NCBI GenBank assembly: GCA_963667565.1
Contig: OY763415.1
Location: 928,001-992,000, forward strand
Origin: Acholeplasmataceae bacterium
GTDB taxonomy: Bacteria > Bacillota_I > Bacilli_A > Acholeplasmatales > Acholeplasmataceae
DNA length: 64,000 bases
Reading direction: 5' to 3'
Positions 30,526 to 40,160 of this stretch are shown in pieces. The notes below the pieces were generated by a model that saw only the letters and a list, made by a program, of their open reading frames with translations, was not told the origin of the DNA and ran no database searches. The stretch's first letter is position 1, and each line of letters opens with the position of its first letter. Position numbers and translations under genes: made by a program.

Positions 30526-30577
30526 CTTTTCTCCTTATGTAACACTCTTTGATAAATACATCCTAAATGTTTCCATC

Positions 30578-30613
30578 AAAAAAAGCGTTGTGGCTAAGCT
30601 AAACAACGCTTTT
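30578..30613 (-). terminator. Terminator-like hairpin in the helicase 5' leader (candidate attenuator)
   Basis: AAAAGCGTTG/CAACGCTTTT stem + U7 on minus strand, between predicted promoter and start codon. Confidence 0.55.
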
Positions 30614-31076
30614 AAACTTCTTTGTTAAGTTTGCGGTATGTAACTATAACTTCTATTATTTATTTCTAGAAGTATACTAATCATATCATATATTGTGATA
30701 TATTACAATTTTTTCATTTTATTCAAAAAAATTGTTATAATGAAAAAAAACACTTTGAACAAAACTAACTTTATAAAATTGTTAACGTATCTTTAATATG
30801 TAACAGAAAATCAAATTAAAACTTGAACTGTCTTAGCAACAGTCATACAGACGAAATGCAAATAACCGCTGCTTATAGCCGGAAGGTGCATGTTAGGCTG
30901 ATTTTTAATTGATAGGCATAAGCAAATATTCTAATGAGTAACAATCTTTTTGAATTAAAGAATTTAGATATTTTATATGTTATTTAGCTTGTCAAACAAA
31001 TAATATTTTTTTATATAGAGGAGAATAATCATAAAAATAAGGCTTATTATTATATATTCTATGCTGTTTAATGTTG

Positions 31077-31380
31077 AAAAAGCTTTTATTAAGGCATAAA
31101 AAAAAGAACTGATAATAGGGAGAATTCAATAATTTTCTTATGTATCAATCCTGTTCTTCTTATATGTGTAATACTAACAATTTTGATATAAATTAGGACC
31201 CCTTAATTTTTTAACACCATTGTGTCAAAATTTTAACATTACTGAAAAATGACCTATTAGAACGGTGTATTAAATAATGACTAATATGTCCGTATAATTT
31301 AACTTTTCGTGAAATTGAGACATTAAAATTTTTTCTCATCTGTTTTGCTTTGACACATGTGTAATACTACCATTTTTGTA
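31077..31380. repeat. Degenerate copy of the cassette junction
   Basis: Aligns to 35613-35780 and 32310-32415; TGTGTAATACT at 31165 and 31358. Confidence 0.75.
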
Positions 31381-31537
31381 TCTATGAAATACAAACAATA
31401 TTTACATCTCAACAAGAATTTGTTATGAAAGAAATATGCTTATTCATCACAAATACTACATACCATAGTATGTTCCTGGAAGAAATGCTTAAATTATAAA
31501 CAAAAAAGCTCACTAATATGAGATTTTTTCAACAATA

Positions 31538-31927
31538 TCATTCTTTAATAAACAAATCGAGCAAATCTTCATCTTCTGAAAAAACAACCGTATTTCCTTC
31601 TACATATACATAATGGTTACCTTTTTCATCAATCGCATCTGCAAATTCATTGGCTTGAGAATTACTCTCAAATCCCATGATATGAATGTAATGAATATTG
31701 TCTAAAACTGCGCGGTAATATGCTATTAAAGTTGCTGATGATTCAAATGCGTTTTCAATTGTATTTTCTTGTATCATAGCTAGATCCTCTTCACTATTAA
31801 ACTCGTATAGGCTATATCCTGCATCCTCTGCAATTTGGACCATATCATTGATTTTATTATCAAATTGTGGTTCACATGCCGCTAGCAAAAACAATAATGC
31901 GATGAATATTACAATCCATTTTTTCAT
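31538..31927 (-). CDS. Lipoprotein
   Basis: Lipobox LLAAC; GGAGG RBS. Confidence 0.8.
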   Translation of the reverse strand: MKKWIVIFIALLFLLAACEPQFDNKINDMVQIAEDAGYSLYEFNSEEDLAMIQENTIENAFESSATLIAYYRAVLDNIHYIHIMGFESNSQANEFADAIDEKGNHYVYVEGNTVVFSEDEDLLDLFIKE

Positions 31928-32266
31928 TAATAAACACCTCCTAATTAGTAAAGATTAAAAGCACCCCTAAAAAGAGGAATGCATAGTTTTCGCTTTATAA
32001 TATCTTAAAATTATTATACTACATAATTGTTATATTGTATAGTTCATATAAGAACCACAAGTAAATCTAAAAAGACTTTGTTATGATATTCATGACATAT
32101 ATTGCAATCACTAGTGATATGTTTAAAAACAATTTATTGTATATGTTGTCTAAGATGTTATCATGTAGAGAACATTAATTTTAGTATCAAAATAAGTATT
32201 TTCATACGCAATTCCTGTATGATTCAGAACACTATGTATATTTGTAAATGGTTTAATTTAGACATA

Positions 32267-32392
32267 AAAAAAGGCTTGATACCTTTGTATCAAACCTATG
32301 CTTCTTATATGTGTAACACTAACAATTTTGATACAAATTAGCACCCCCCTATATTTTTTTTAGCACCCTTGTATCAAAATTTTAGCACCCCT
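32267..32392. repeat. Cassette junction with three TTAGCACCC repeats
   Basis: Hairpin + CTTCTTATA|TGTGTAACACT at 32310; internal IR AATTTTGATACAA/TTGTATCAAAATT. Confidence 0.85.
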
Positions 32393-32441
32393 GAAAAATG
32401 ACCTATTGGAGCGGTTTCTTTGCTGAAGAAATTTCTGTATC

Positions 32442-32807
32442 TCAAACACTAGTGTTACTCTTTATTAAACTTTTAATTAAAACTACTGAATGTGTAGCAA
32501 CAATAAATGGAAATGACACCATAAATAAAATTATGGGTAGTATGGAAAAGTCACCAACATTTGATGGCTCATTTGCTTGTATCGCGATATAAATGTAACT
32601 ACCGAACATGATTGTTGATAATAAAGTCGATAGTAACAATAATTTACTATACTTTTGATTACCAAAAAAATAGAGACTATCCATCAATACTGTCATTATG
32701 AAAATAATCCATATGGTTGTGTATGAGATAAATTTAACATTAAACATGATATAAACCATGAGAATAGTAATAAATAAAAATAGTGTGCTTAAAACTTTTT
32801 TGTTCAT
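32442..32807 (-). CDS. 4-TM small membrane protein, putative immunity
   Basis: Hydrophobic; follows secreted 450-aa gene; near-identical copy at 41769. Confidence 0.7.
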   Translation of the reverse strand: MNKKVLSTLFLFITILMVYIMFNVKFISYTTIWIIFIMTVLMDSLYFFGNQKYSKLLLLSTLLSTIMFGSYIYIAIQANEPSNVGDFSILPIILFMVSFPFIVATHSVVLIKSLIKSNTSV

Positions 32808-32819
32808 TGTATTGACTCC

Positions 32820-34172
32820 TTAAGTTGTATAATAGTAAGCTCTGCTGCTCATCTCGATGATATAATCAGCAAATAACTTCGCAGTATATGCTCGAGTTTC
32901 TAATGATGGCATATCACCAGTTAAAGGCATATAACTTCCTCTTAATAATCCAAATCCTAGGTACATATTTGCAACGTAGTACGTATAATTGATAATACTT
33001 CCATTAGAGATCTTTAGATTCATTGACTGATAGACCTCACTTCTAAATTTAGATTCAAGTGTTGAGCCTAGAGGATATTCCAATTCTAAAGTAACAGTAG
33101 AAATAAACATTTTATATCTATTAGGATAATAGTCATTGTCACCTTTAATTATATTATAATATGCACTTAAACTATCACCAACAGAATTTAAACTATAGTC
33201 TAAAAATGTTTTTGTGATATTCATTGCATCAATATCTGCTAATAGATCAGGTTCAGAAAAACCACTATTTAATACACCTGTAAATGTTTCAAAATCAATA
33301 CTATTATTTGTATATCCGCTGTAATAACCAGTATAGTAAGTTGGCAATGTGGATACATCGATACCACGGGAATGAATTGTTCTTGTGAATTGATGTAGGT
33401 CTCCTAACCATGACAACAAATCTCTTTGGTGATTATTTCCTAAAGTTACACTATTGCCTGTCTGATTATATATTCCATCCATTGAAGCAAACATATGAAG
33501 AACATCAATAAAACTATCTTGATTAAAAGGGTCAACCAATTTTAAATGCTTATCTTTATAAATAGTAGATACATATCCATAAACAGGATTCAATTGATTG
33601 GATCCTTGGAGAAATTGTGCAAAATACTCACTAAATTCTATACCTACTCCATCATTTTGATCCACATAAGTTATGAAATCTTGATCAATATTTCCTGCTA
33701 AATATTTCCAACCTCCAAAATATGAGTCATCAACATAATCTTTATTGATACCCCTCACATAACTTAGAATATAATTTGTATGGTCACCATTTGGATCATA
33801 TTCATTAGCTAAATTTTCCAATTCATTAATCATATATATAAGTGTATCAATGTCGTTATAGAGTCTTCTTTGCTCAACTATTTCTGTCACAAATTGATCT
33901 TCATAAAAATAATAATCATATGATGAGTAAACATATATTCCGATAAAATAATGCTTAGTTTCAGTTGAATAGACAGTTTTTCCTGTAGACTCAATAAATT
34001 CTCTCATCTCCAAATTAATATATACTTTCACACGTTTCATTACCGTTTCGGTTTGTGTATAAGTTCCCATGTCTTCTATACTAGTTAATTCATTTATTGC
34101 TGCGTAAGTTTTTGTGTTACTACTTATAATCATAATACATAATAAAGTAACAACTATTACTAATTTTTTCAT
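32820..34172 (-). CDS. Secreted protein with putative enzymatic/toxin-like domain
   Basis: Signal peptide; IDVLHMFASMDG, SWLGDL, DLLADIDAMNI motifs. Confidence 0.65.
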   Translation of the reverse strand: MKKLVIVVTLLCIMIISSNTKTYAAINELTSIEDMGTYTQTETVMKRVKVYINLEMREFIESTGKTVYSTETKHYFIGIYVYSSYDYYFYEDQFVTEIVEQRRLYNDIDTLIYMINELENLANEYDPNGDHTNYILSYVRGINKDYVDDSYFGGWKYLAGNIDQDFITYVDQNDGVGIEFSEYFAQFLQGSNQLNPVYGYVSTIYKDKHLKLVDPFNQDSFIDVLHMFASMDGIYNQTGNSVTLGNNHQRDLLSWLGDLHQFTRTIHSRGIDVSTLPTYYTGYYSGYTNNSIDFETFTGVLNSGFSEPDLLADIDAMNITKTFLDYSLNSVGDSLSAYYNIIKGDNDYYPNRYKMFISTVTLELEYPLGSTLESKFRSEVYQSMNLKISNGSIINYTYYVANMYLGFGLLRGSYMPLTGDMPSLETRAYTAKLFADYIIEMSSRAYYYTT

Positions 34173-34195
34173 TTTTCTCCTCCTTTTGTTTTTTA

Positions 34196-34321
34196 TTAAT
34201 CTTCAACAACTTCACTATTTTCAATTGGCACAGGTTTTAAATTAGATCCAAATGGTTCAACGCTGATTATAGTTCAAAATATGAATGTTATTACTAATAT
34301 ATAACTTATTATTTTTTTCAT
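34196..34321 (-). pseudogene. Propeptide-like ORF with in-frame TGA at codon 16 (or a 15-aa hydrophobic peptide)
   Basis: AAGGAG RBS; MKKIISYILVITFIF*TIISVEPFGSNLKPVPIENSEVVED; divergent from Rgg copy 2. Confidence 0.6.
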
Positions 34322-34409
34322 ATCATTCACTCCTTATATCCATGATATAATAAAAATATCAAATGCGTGAGTGCATATTTGTCACGTTTTTAGAAAAGAG
34401 GTTCATATT

Positions 34410-35327
34410 ATGGATTTTGTTATGCAAATAGCACATGCAATTGATACCTTACGTATCGACAGAAAGTTAACGGTTGAGTCATTATGTTTTGGGATTTGTG
34501 ATGCAAGTTCATATAGAAGATATAAATCTGGAGATAGAAATATACCCATTGAACGAATCAAACTTTTTTGTGACAAATTAGGCATTGGTTTAGATGAATT
34601 CTTATATAATCTATCTACTAAACACGATTTTGAATATCAGAAAATAAATAATCTTTATACTTTATTGTTAAATAAAAAGTATAAAGATATTTCAAATGAA
34701 CTTAAGCATATTCATATCAAAGACTTATCTTTAGAAAAACATATCACTTTTTATTACTTCATTCTATATACTTATCAGTTTGAAATAAATCAAATAAAGG
34801 TTGAAAACTATTATAAAAATCTAGAACATCTCCAAAAAAAAGTCAGTGGTTTTTATACATTTAATGATTTAATCATATTAGAAAAAATGGCATGGATTGA
34901 AGTTGATCGTCATGAAACTACATCTTTAGATCTTTTATCAAGTATCATTTTAAATCGAAAAACATTGTATGGATTATCTACTATGTATTCAACCTTAAGC
35001 TCTATCATGAGTAATATCGCGAATATGTATAATAAATTAGATTTATATGAGCAATCAAATAGCATTTGTGAAGCTGGTATTTTATATATGAAAAAATATA
35101 ATACTTATAAACATATCTATGTGTTATATTACTTATTAGCCTATAATCATAAAATGCTTGAAAACCTTGAATTATCCAATAAATATTTAGCAATGACACT
35201 TACCAATTTATTTAGTATAGATAATCAGAAAGAATACCAATATATCATTACTCTCATTAAAGATGAATTCAATCTTGATAAAGATGAGCTTATCAATATG
35301 GTATCTAAAATCATGATACATTACTAA
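34410..35327 (+). CDS. Rgg/RRNPP-family regulator, copy 2
   Basis: LRIDRKLTVESLCFGICDASSYRRYKSG HTH; GAGG RBS before ATG 34410. Confidence 0.85.
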   Translation: MDFVMQIAHAIDTLRIDRKLTVESLCFGICDASSYRRYKSGDRNIPIERIKLFCDKLGIGLDEFLYNLSTKHDFEYQKINNLYTLLLNKKYKDISNELKHIHIKDLSLEKHITFYYFILYTYQFEINQIKVENYYKNLEHLQKKVSGFYTFNDLIILEKMAWIEVDRHETTSLDLLSSIILNRKTLYGLSTMYSTLSSIMSNIANMYNKLDLYEQSNSICEAGILYMKKYNTYKHIYVLYYLLAYNHKMLENLELSNKYLAMTLTNLFSIDNQKEYQYIITLIKDEFNLDKDELINMVSKIMIHY

Positions 35328-35371
35328 CATACAGTCTAATAACACGATTATAGAATAAATGATTAAAAGTT

Positions 35372-35392
35372 AATGTCCCGGATTTGCGACAT
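35372..35392. promoter_or_regulatory. Imperfect palindrome AATGTCCCGGATTTGCGACAT (also terminator-like), identical copy at 40118
   Basis: Exact 21-nt match; ATGTC/GACAT arms. Confidence 0.6.
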
Positions 35393-35445
35393 CAGCTTTT
35401 TTATCTTATAGTAATTAGAATTTGATTATGTAGAATATATAATAA

Positions 35446-35540
35446 ATCGTGTAACTTTCAATTCATATCGTGTAAATATCAAATGTAATCGTGTAAATCC
35501 ACAAGCAAATCGTGTAAATCTGACTTTAAATCGTGTAGAA
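35446..35540. repeat. Five ATCGTGTA motifs at 21-bp period
   Basis: 35446, 35467, 35488, 35509, 35530. Confidence 0.9.
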
Positions 35541-35698
35541 AATTAGTCTTTTTTAATGTTTTTGACCTTATTCTATTCTATAAAATTGATCTACTATGGA
35601 TGGTGAAAGTCTAAAAAGGCTTTATTAAGGCGTAAAAAAGGACTGATAATAGGGAAAATTCAAGAATTTTCTTATGTATCAATCCTGTTCTTCTTATA

Positions 35699-36277
35699 TG
35701 TGTAACACTAACAATTTTGATACAAATTAGCACCCCCCTCTTATTTTTTTAGCACCCTTGTATCAAAATTTTAGCACCCTTCCAAATATTTTTAGCACCC
35801 CTATCGATATTTTTTAGCACCCCTACCCAGAAAAATTAGCACCCCTATTTTTGCAGATTCAAATGTAGAGTTTAAATCTCACTAACTCCGTTGTGTAACA
35901 CTAACAATTTTGATACAAATTAGCACCCCCCTCTTATTTTTATAGCACCCTTGTATCAAAATTTTAGCACCCTTCCAAATATTTTTAGCACCCCTATCGA
36001 TATTTTTTAGCACCCCTACCCAGAAAAATTAGCACCCCTATTTTTGCAGATTCAAATGTAGAGTTTAAATCTCACTAACTCCGTTGTGTAACAATACTAA
36101 CTTTGATACAAATTAGCACCCGTCTTAATTTTTTTTAGCACCCTTGTATCAAAATTTTAGCACCCCTCCAAATATTTTTAGCACCCCTAGTCATATTTTT
36201 TAGCACCTCTGGCTTTAAATTTTAGCACCCTTATTTTTGTAGATCCAAATGTAGAGTTTTAATCTCACTAACTCGAT
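35699..36277. repeat. Three tandem 193-bp units, each starting TGTGTAACA with six TTAGCACCC-type motifs at 21-22-bp period
   Basis: Unit starts 35699, 35892, 36085; motifs at 35727, 35749, 35771, 35792, 35814, 35836 in unit 1. Confidence 0.92.
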
Positions 36278-36446
36278 TGTCTTTCATGATCTTTTTTAAC
36301 ACTATTACTATCCGTTAAATGGATTTATATTTACTGGAAAATAACGCATCATTACGAAATTTTACTATACAATCCCTCGTATAAACCAAAATTCCAGTGA
36401 TTAGAAAGAACAAGATAATGGAGCCTTAACGTACATCTTTGTATAT

Positions 36447-37133
36447 TTATGTTGTTAAAAATTCACGTATTGTAAATATTGGAATAGCAAAGACGTATCC
36501 ATATATTGGAGTTCCTTCATTGTCTAATATTCTAAGGGTTAATATCCCGATGAGTTTTCCATTAGAATCAACTAATGCACCACCACTGACTCCACTTGTT
36601 GATGTAGCATCAACTTGGATATATGTATTTTCAATCATATTGTTTATTATGTTGACCTTGCTTCTACTAATAATTCCAGAAGTTATGCTTATGCCTAAGT
36701 TATTAGCATTTCCTAATAAAATCACTGATTCTCCTTCGACAATATCACCATTTTGAAAACTTATGCTCTCACCTTTTTTATCTTCCATGGATAATAGTGC
36801 TAAATCTAGATTTTCATCATATTTAATAAGGGTGGCTGTTATATAATCACTCTCATCTACAAATCTAATTTCAAGTGACCTATGTATATTTGATACACCT
36901 TGATTTGTATAAGATATCACATGATAGTTGGTGATGAGTTCTGTTTCAGAAATAATCACTGCCGTTCCAAATGATTCTATCTCATCTGTCGTCGCTTTCA
37001 ATTCTACAACACTGTTCATATTTTTATCAAAGATTCTATCAGGTGTATTTTGTAATTCTAAAATATAGACACCAGTTAAACCAATAGCTAACAGTAATGA
37101 AATCATCGCTATGATAGGCGTGGCTTTACGCAT
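36447..37133 (-). CDS. Membrane-anchored trypsin-like serine protease (no PDZ)
   Basis: TNYHV, DLALL, GVSGGAL triad motifs; N-terminal TM. Confidence 0.88.
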   Translation of the reverse strand: MRKATPIIAMISLLLAIGLTGVYILELQNTPDRIFDKNMNSVVELKATTDEIESFGTAVIISETELITNYHVISYTNQGVSNIHRSLEIRFVDESDYITATLIKYDENLDLALLSMEDKKGESISFQNGDIVEGESVILLGNANNLGISITSGIISRSKVNIINNMIENTYIQVDATSTSGVSGGALVDSNGKLIGILTLRILDNEGTPIYGYVFAIPIFTIREFLTT

Positions 37134-37851
37134 ACATCGCCTCAAAAATTAAAGTGATTTCATTTGGATAATTTTCGTAAATTGATAATGGATGTAAAAT
37201 CATGTTCAACTCATCAAAAGTATATGTCCCCGATAATTTAACTGATGAATCTATAATACTAGTCATAGAAAATTCACCGTTTTCAAATGTTATCATTATA
37301 CTTTCTTGTTCAAATTCTCCTTGAACCCTATGATAATAGTAATCATTTAAATCATCATTATTTAAATAAATACCATTGTCTTTAGATTGCCATGTATTAT
37401 AGAAATAGTTAAGTGGTTGAATATCCTCATCATAAACTCTTGTTAGTGTTTCATCAAATCCATTTAATATTGAGTCATTGAAGTCTTCTGTTGGAATACT
37501 TCTTTCAGTTAAAAACATTTTGTCGCCACTACTTTTAAAGAAACTGATATGTTCAAATGCTACATGAAGCACATATTGGTTTTGGCTAGATTCTGGAGGT
37601 GTGGTATATACTATCATAGCATCTTGCGGAATAAAATACTCAACAACATAATCATAAAGTACATCATCATGATCAATATATAATCTTCCATACGAGCTTA
37701 TGGAATATGCAATTTCTAGTCGAACAGTATTGTCTTCATTTTCATATATCAGCAGTTCTTCATTCACTATAGGATTAAAAATTACAGCAGTACATCCAAA
37801 CAACAAAAACATTGAAGTGATTAAAACAACTATCATAAATATTTTATTCAT
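37126..37851 (-). CDS. Lipoprotein
   Basis: Lipobox LLFGC. Confidence 0.75.
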   Translation of the reverse strand: MNKIFMIVVLITSMFLLFGCTAVIFNPIVNEELLIYENEDNTVRLEIAYSISSYGRLYIDHDDVLYDYVVEYFIPQDAMIVYTTPPESSQNQYVLHVAFEHISFFKSSGDKMFLTERSIPTEDFNDSILNGFDETLTRVYDEDIQPLNYFYNTWQSKDNGIYLNNDDLNDYYYHRVQGEFEQESIMITFENGEFSMTSIIDSSVKLSGTYTFDELNMILHPLSIYENYPNEITLIFEAMYA

Positions 37852-37855
37852 GTAA

Positions 37856-39412
37856 TCATCCTTTTATTGTGATTCCCGATATAAACTGATCATTCCTATT
37901 TGCATATGTAGCAAACAAACTATAGAAATTAGTTGTACTTTGTGTTTGATTGTTATATGCAGTTAATGATGTTTGATTTACGTAATCTCTTTTTACAAAA
38001 TAAGTATGCGCGGGAAGTGTATTAAAATCTGTAAAATCTGGTAAACCATTAAAAGTAGTTAATATAAAATATCCAAATGCTAATCTACCGCTATTAAAAT
38101 CATCATAACTTAAATAAGTAACATCCAATGATTCATACCCCAATACTTCTAAAACATCTGGTAGTCCATGCAAATGTTCAAGGTAAAAATCAGTCACTAA
38201 GTCTACTACTGCTACTGCAGCAACGATCGCTGCATTTACTGCAACCAAAGTAATATCATATTGTATAGGTAAAGAAGCCCAAATGAGCATATCTTGCCAC
38301 CATTTTGTAGATGCTTCAAGTTCGCTTTCTATAAGTTGTGTTGTTATAACTGCCGCAATTACAGGTGAAACTAAATGTAAAACAGGTTGCATCAATTGAA
38401 ACACAGCATTAACAGTATTTGACAATATGATCATCAAATCGTTATCTATAGGACTTACGCCTAAAAAGCCTAAACCTAAATCTGTATTCATTAACTCATT
38501 CAATAGAATTAATGAAGGTAAATCAGGTGTCCTATTTTGAGATATCAATAAGTTATATAAACTAATTATACCACATCCATTATTATTTAATGACTGAAAC
38601 CCAAATTGCCAGTTAGATAATAAATACTGATGATCAATATACTTCGTATCCGTAAGCAAGGCATTTGTTGGTATTGTCTGTCCTTTATTATGATTGTAAT
38701 TGTCGAATGCTTTTTCAGCTTTAACATACCACAATAAATAATGAAGCGGTCCATCTTCCCAAAAGTCAACTGGTACAATATCCTGTAATGAATTTATACT
38801 ATCTTCAACCAAAGTGTCTCCAGCATTAATTATCGATATGCTAATTTGTAAAATAGGTGTTGTTACATCGACAGTTGTTGATCCCCCTGTCCCTCCTCCT
38901 GCATCTAGTTCTAAAAAGAATCCACCGGAAATGGCTTGTTTTTCAAACACTTCATCCATCAAGTCAGATGCAAGAAATTTATGACCGAAAAATTCAAAAC
39001 TTATATCAACTCTATTTAAAGAATTATTAAAAAAAGGATATCCAATTAAATTAATTTGGTCTAATACTTCCAAATCTCTATTAAGTTTTGTCTTAATATA
39101 ATATATATTTAAATCACTAACAAAAGTTGCTTCAAAACTAACAAACAAACCATCCAAATTTACTGATTCTGTACTTAATAATTCAACATTATTTAGTAAT
39201 TTTACATCCTTAGTTCCATAAAATGTTGAATCCTTGTCATTAATACTTAGTTCGACATCATGATAATCATTCAAATAAGCTAGAGCATCAGTTTTTAACA
39301 TCTTATCATCATAAGACCTAGTGATATAATCCATATCATCAATTTGGTTAAATATTGAAAAAACAAATACACCTATTAAAAACACTAAAATACTACTTAA
39401 AATCTTTTTCAT
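37856..39412 (-). CDS. Secreted protein with possible C39/papain-like peptidase motifs and inserted hydrophobic helices
   Basis: Signal/TM; NGCGIISLYNLL, AHTYFV, AYN; long Ala/Val-rich stretch. Confidence 0.55.
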   Translation of the reverse strand: MKKILSSILVFLIGVFVFSIFNQIDDMDYITRSYDDKMLKTDALAYLNDYHDVELSINDKDSTFYGTKDVKLLNNVELLSTESVNLDGLFVSFEATFVSDLNIYYIKTKLNRDLEVLDQINLIGYPFFNNSLNRVDISFEFFGHKFLASDLMDEVFEKQAISGGFFLELDAGGGTGGSTTVDVTTPILQISISIINAGDTLVEDSINSLQDIVPVDFWEDGPLHYLLWYVKAEKAFDNYNHNKGQTIPTNALLTDTKYIDHQYLLSNWQFGFQSLNNNGCGIISLYNLLISQNRTPDLPSLILLNELMNTDLGLGFLGVSPIDNDLMIILSNTVNAVFQLMQPVLHLVSPVIAAVITTQLIESELEASTKWWQDMLIWASLPIQYDITLVAVNAAIVAAVAVVDLVTDFYLEHLHGLPDVLEVLGYESLDVTYLSYDDFNSGRLAFGYFILTTFNGLPDFTDFNTLPAHTYFVKRDYVNQTSLTAYNNQTQSTTNFYSLFATYANRNDQFISGITIKG

Positions 39413-39451
39413 TTTTCTTTCTCCTTCTTTTATTTGTTATGATTTAGTTCA

Positions 39452-40066
39452 TCATTCTTTGATGATATCTAGTAATATTTGCTCTAAATTAATTAAATCA
39501 AACTCACTTATCCTTGTTCCTTCACTTAATCCTTGATTCATGATACTGCCTTGATGCAAATTATCATCTAATCCTAACGCATGTCCTAATTCATGTGATA
39601 AGATGTGAACTTGTTCACTCACTGTTAGATTGTCGAAATAATATACATTTACAACAATGTAGTTGATATCACCTGTATAAATATATCTAGCAAGAACTTG
39701 GTTATCACCTAGGTTTTCTTCTAACAACTCAACATCATAAGCTTCATCATTCATTTCTAGATGCACTAAATTGTAAACATTCCACGACTCAATTGCTTGA
39801 TTTAGAATGCTTTCATACTGTTCTAATCCTTTAATCAAAAGGTATGCTTCATCATTGATCATACGAATAGATGATATATCTACACTATAGTCTCCATCGA
39901 TATCATCATGGCTACAACTAGTATCTACTATGGTCATATCGCACATCATGGTAATCGGACCTTTTCCTGGAATGTTAACATCTTCTATACATGCTTGAAC
40001 ACTCACACCATTAGAATATAGTAATAAAATCACAAACAATAAAACTATACTTTTCTTCAAATTCAT
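39452..40066 (-). CDS. Secreted metzincin metalloprotease (M10/M7-like)
   Basis: Signal peptide; HELGHALGLDD (HExxHxxGxxD) and SIM Met-turn. Confidence 0.85.
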   Translation of the reverse strand: MNLKKSIVLLFVILLLYSNGVSVQACIEDVNIPGKGPITMMCDMTIVDTSCSHDDIDGDYSVDISSIRMINDEAYLLIKGLEQYESILNQAIESWNVYNLVHLEMNDEAYDVELLEENLGDNQVLARYIYTGDINYIVVNVYYFDNLTVSEQVHILSHELGHALGLDDNLHQGSIMNQGLSEGTRISEFDLINLEQILLDIIKE

Positions 40067-40116
40067 TCCCTCCTTTAATTATTTATATGAATATTGTATA
40101 ATAGACTAAACAAAAA

Positions 40117-40140
40117 CAATGTCCCGGATTTGCGACATTG
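40117..40140. promoter_or_regulatory. Palindromic candidate operator upstream of Rgg copy 3
   Basis: CAATGTC-N10-GACATTG in divergent promoter. Confidence 0.6.
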
Positions 40141-40160
40141 AAACTTTTTGGAGGCATCGT

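Noticed and set aside
30810..30913. SRP RNA, tmRNA or 6S call
   Set aside because: CC-GGAA-GG present but SRP internal-loop motifs and tmRNA ends are missing; left unassigned
32301..32325. Junction as a dif (Xer) site or as the rlmD 3' att site (reads C-V-T-L)
   Set aside because: No 11-6-11 dif layout; no HVE codons or rlmD gene upstream
32102..32592. ORFs 32102-32341, 32398-32592 and 41725-41919
   Set aside because: Span repeats or lie antisense to real genes; no coding signal
35446..36277. Repeat arrays as CRISPR or TIGR-like guide arrays
   Set aside because: Conserved parts are only 8-10 nt with 11-13-nt linkers that recur between units; no cas or tas-like gene nearby
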